64,000 bases of DNA from a virus. The stretch spans positions 96,001-160,000 of IMG/VR virus record IMGVR_UViG_3300032288_001980; one strand, given 5' to 3'. The position numbers were made by a program, and so were the translations under genes. The notes below the pieces were generated by a model. It did not search any database, was not told the origin of the DNA, and saw only the letters and a list, made by a program, of their open reading frames with translations. This document shows, piece after piece, positions 63,286-64,000 of this stretch (positions are counted from its first letter, which is position 1; each line of letters starts with the position of its first letter).

Positions 63286-64000
63286 TTAGCCGAAAAAATC
63301 GCTGGGATTAAATGTTAGGTCTGCAGAATATTCATTTCCGCATTTACTGCACTTTACAGTTAGCTTATTGTCTACACCGCAGTCAGTTATTTCTTTAAGC
63401 ATTTGATCGATTAAGTCAAATTCAGGTTTACTGATACTGCCTACCCATTCTCTAAGCATTTTTCTGTCTGTAAACTCTTGATTGTCAGGAGTAATTACTT
63501 TTTCTATACTAGAAGTAATTAAGTCTAATGTTGCATCTAATAGCCTTGTAAAACTTTGACCAGTCATTTTTAATTTTTGTAGTTGATCTTTAACTTCAGA
63601 TTCAACTTGTTGGCCTTTGGCCATTTCTTCAAATCCAGCAATATTAACTTTGTTTTGCTCAGTTAATGTAAATGGCTTAAGAGATACTTTAATTCCGCTG
63701 GGCAATACAATTTCAACGTTACCTTTGTAAAATCGTGTGCTGTCTAATATAGCACCTAGGTTAACATTAACTGGTGTTACAGCATCAGGTTCACAGTCAT
63801 GAGTAAATTCCATTTCCATATTGTCACCATAGGTAGCCATACGTATAGCTACCATGATAGCATCCATATCGATTACAGGAATTTCTCCTGGGTCTATAAT
63901 GCCAGGCACACAGGTTCTAAAAACTTGTTTTATAGATTCTCCGTTTAACAATGCGTCTGGACTTTTTAACATTAACTCGTCTTTGGCAGTCATTGGAAAA
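63286..64000 (-). CDS. gp26: baseplate hub assembly protein, T4 gp26-like (5' end outside the window)
   Basis: (FP)MTAKDE...DMDAIMVAIRMATYG, CSKC Zn-ribbon, FNPSDFF; frame still open at the window edge. Confidence 0.75.
   Translation of the reverse strand, partial: FPMTAKDELMLKSPDALLNGESIKQVFRTCVPGIIDPGEIPVIDMDAIMVAIRMATYGDNMEMEFTHDCEPDAVTPVNVNLGAILDSTRFYKGNVEIVLPSGIKVSLKPFTLTEQNKVNIAGFEEMAKGQQVESEVKDQLQKLKMTGQSFTRLLDATLDLITSSIEKVITPDNQEFTDRKMLREWVGSISKPEFDLIDQMLKEITDCGVDNKLTVKCSKCGNEYSADLTFNPSDFFG
63292..63298 (-). other. putative programmed -1 ribosomal frameshift heptamer T TTT TTC
   Basis: GAT TTT TTC GGC TAA at the end of the gp26-like ORF; the -1 frame reads RLRLSQLLKEPAKL-MDFV without a stop. 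Confidence 0.7.

Noticed and set aside
1-64000. tRNA, rRNA or tmRNA genes, inteins, transposases, stop-codon reassignment
   Set aside because: No intergenic cloverleaf or T-loop found; ligase, gp46, gp47 and ThyX have normal lengths; long ORFs translate intact under the standard code

Overview
This window is 64 kb of a large, AT-rich T4-like myovirus (probably a jumbo phage; host unknown, with sigma70-type promoters and the standard code). Core phage genes: thyX, an ATP-dependent DNA ligase, the T4-style gp55 (late sigma)-gp47-gp46 block, and a long minus-strand morphogenesis region. That region holds gp26-like, tube-initiator-like, gp53/LysM-like, hub, gp5-lysozyme, gp25, gp6, a 3046-aa wedge-like protein and tail-fibre-like genes. 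Accessory content: two arrays of small early genes, each gene led by a near-identical ~43-bp consensus promoter; a MoxR AAA+/VWA pair; three clusters of tailoring enzymes (Fe/2OG dioxygenases, PP-loop/Asn-synthase-like proteins, GNAT-like proteins, radical SAM, desaturase, SDR, QueC-like, papain-like peptidase); and a glycosyltransferase-like cluster directly downstream of the tail-fibre genes. Strongest leads: (1) a ~450-nt ornate, pseudoknotted non-coding RNA candidate immediately after a GIY-YIG nuclease gene; (2) a T TTT TTC -1 frameshift site that would fuse the gp26-like ORF to the next ORF; (3) a duplicated PP-loop/GNAT/dioxygenase module of unknown product; (4) a (GGY)12 insertion in a virion protein; (5) apparently leaderless late transcripts. 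All family calls come from motif recognition by eye; no database searches were run.
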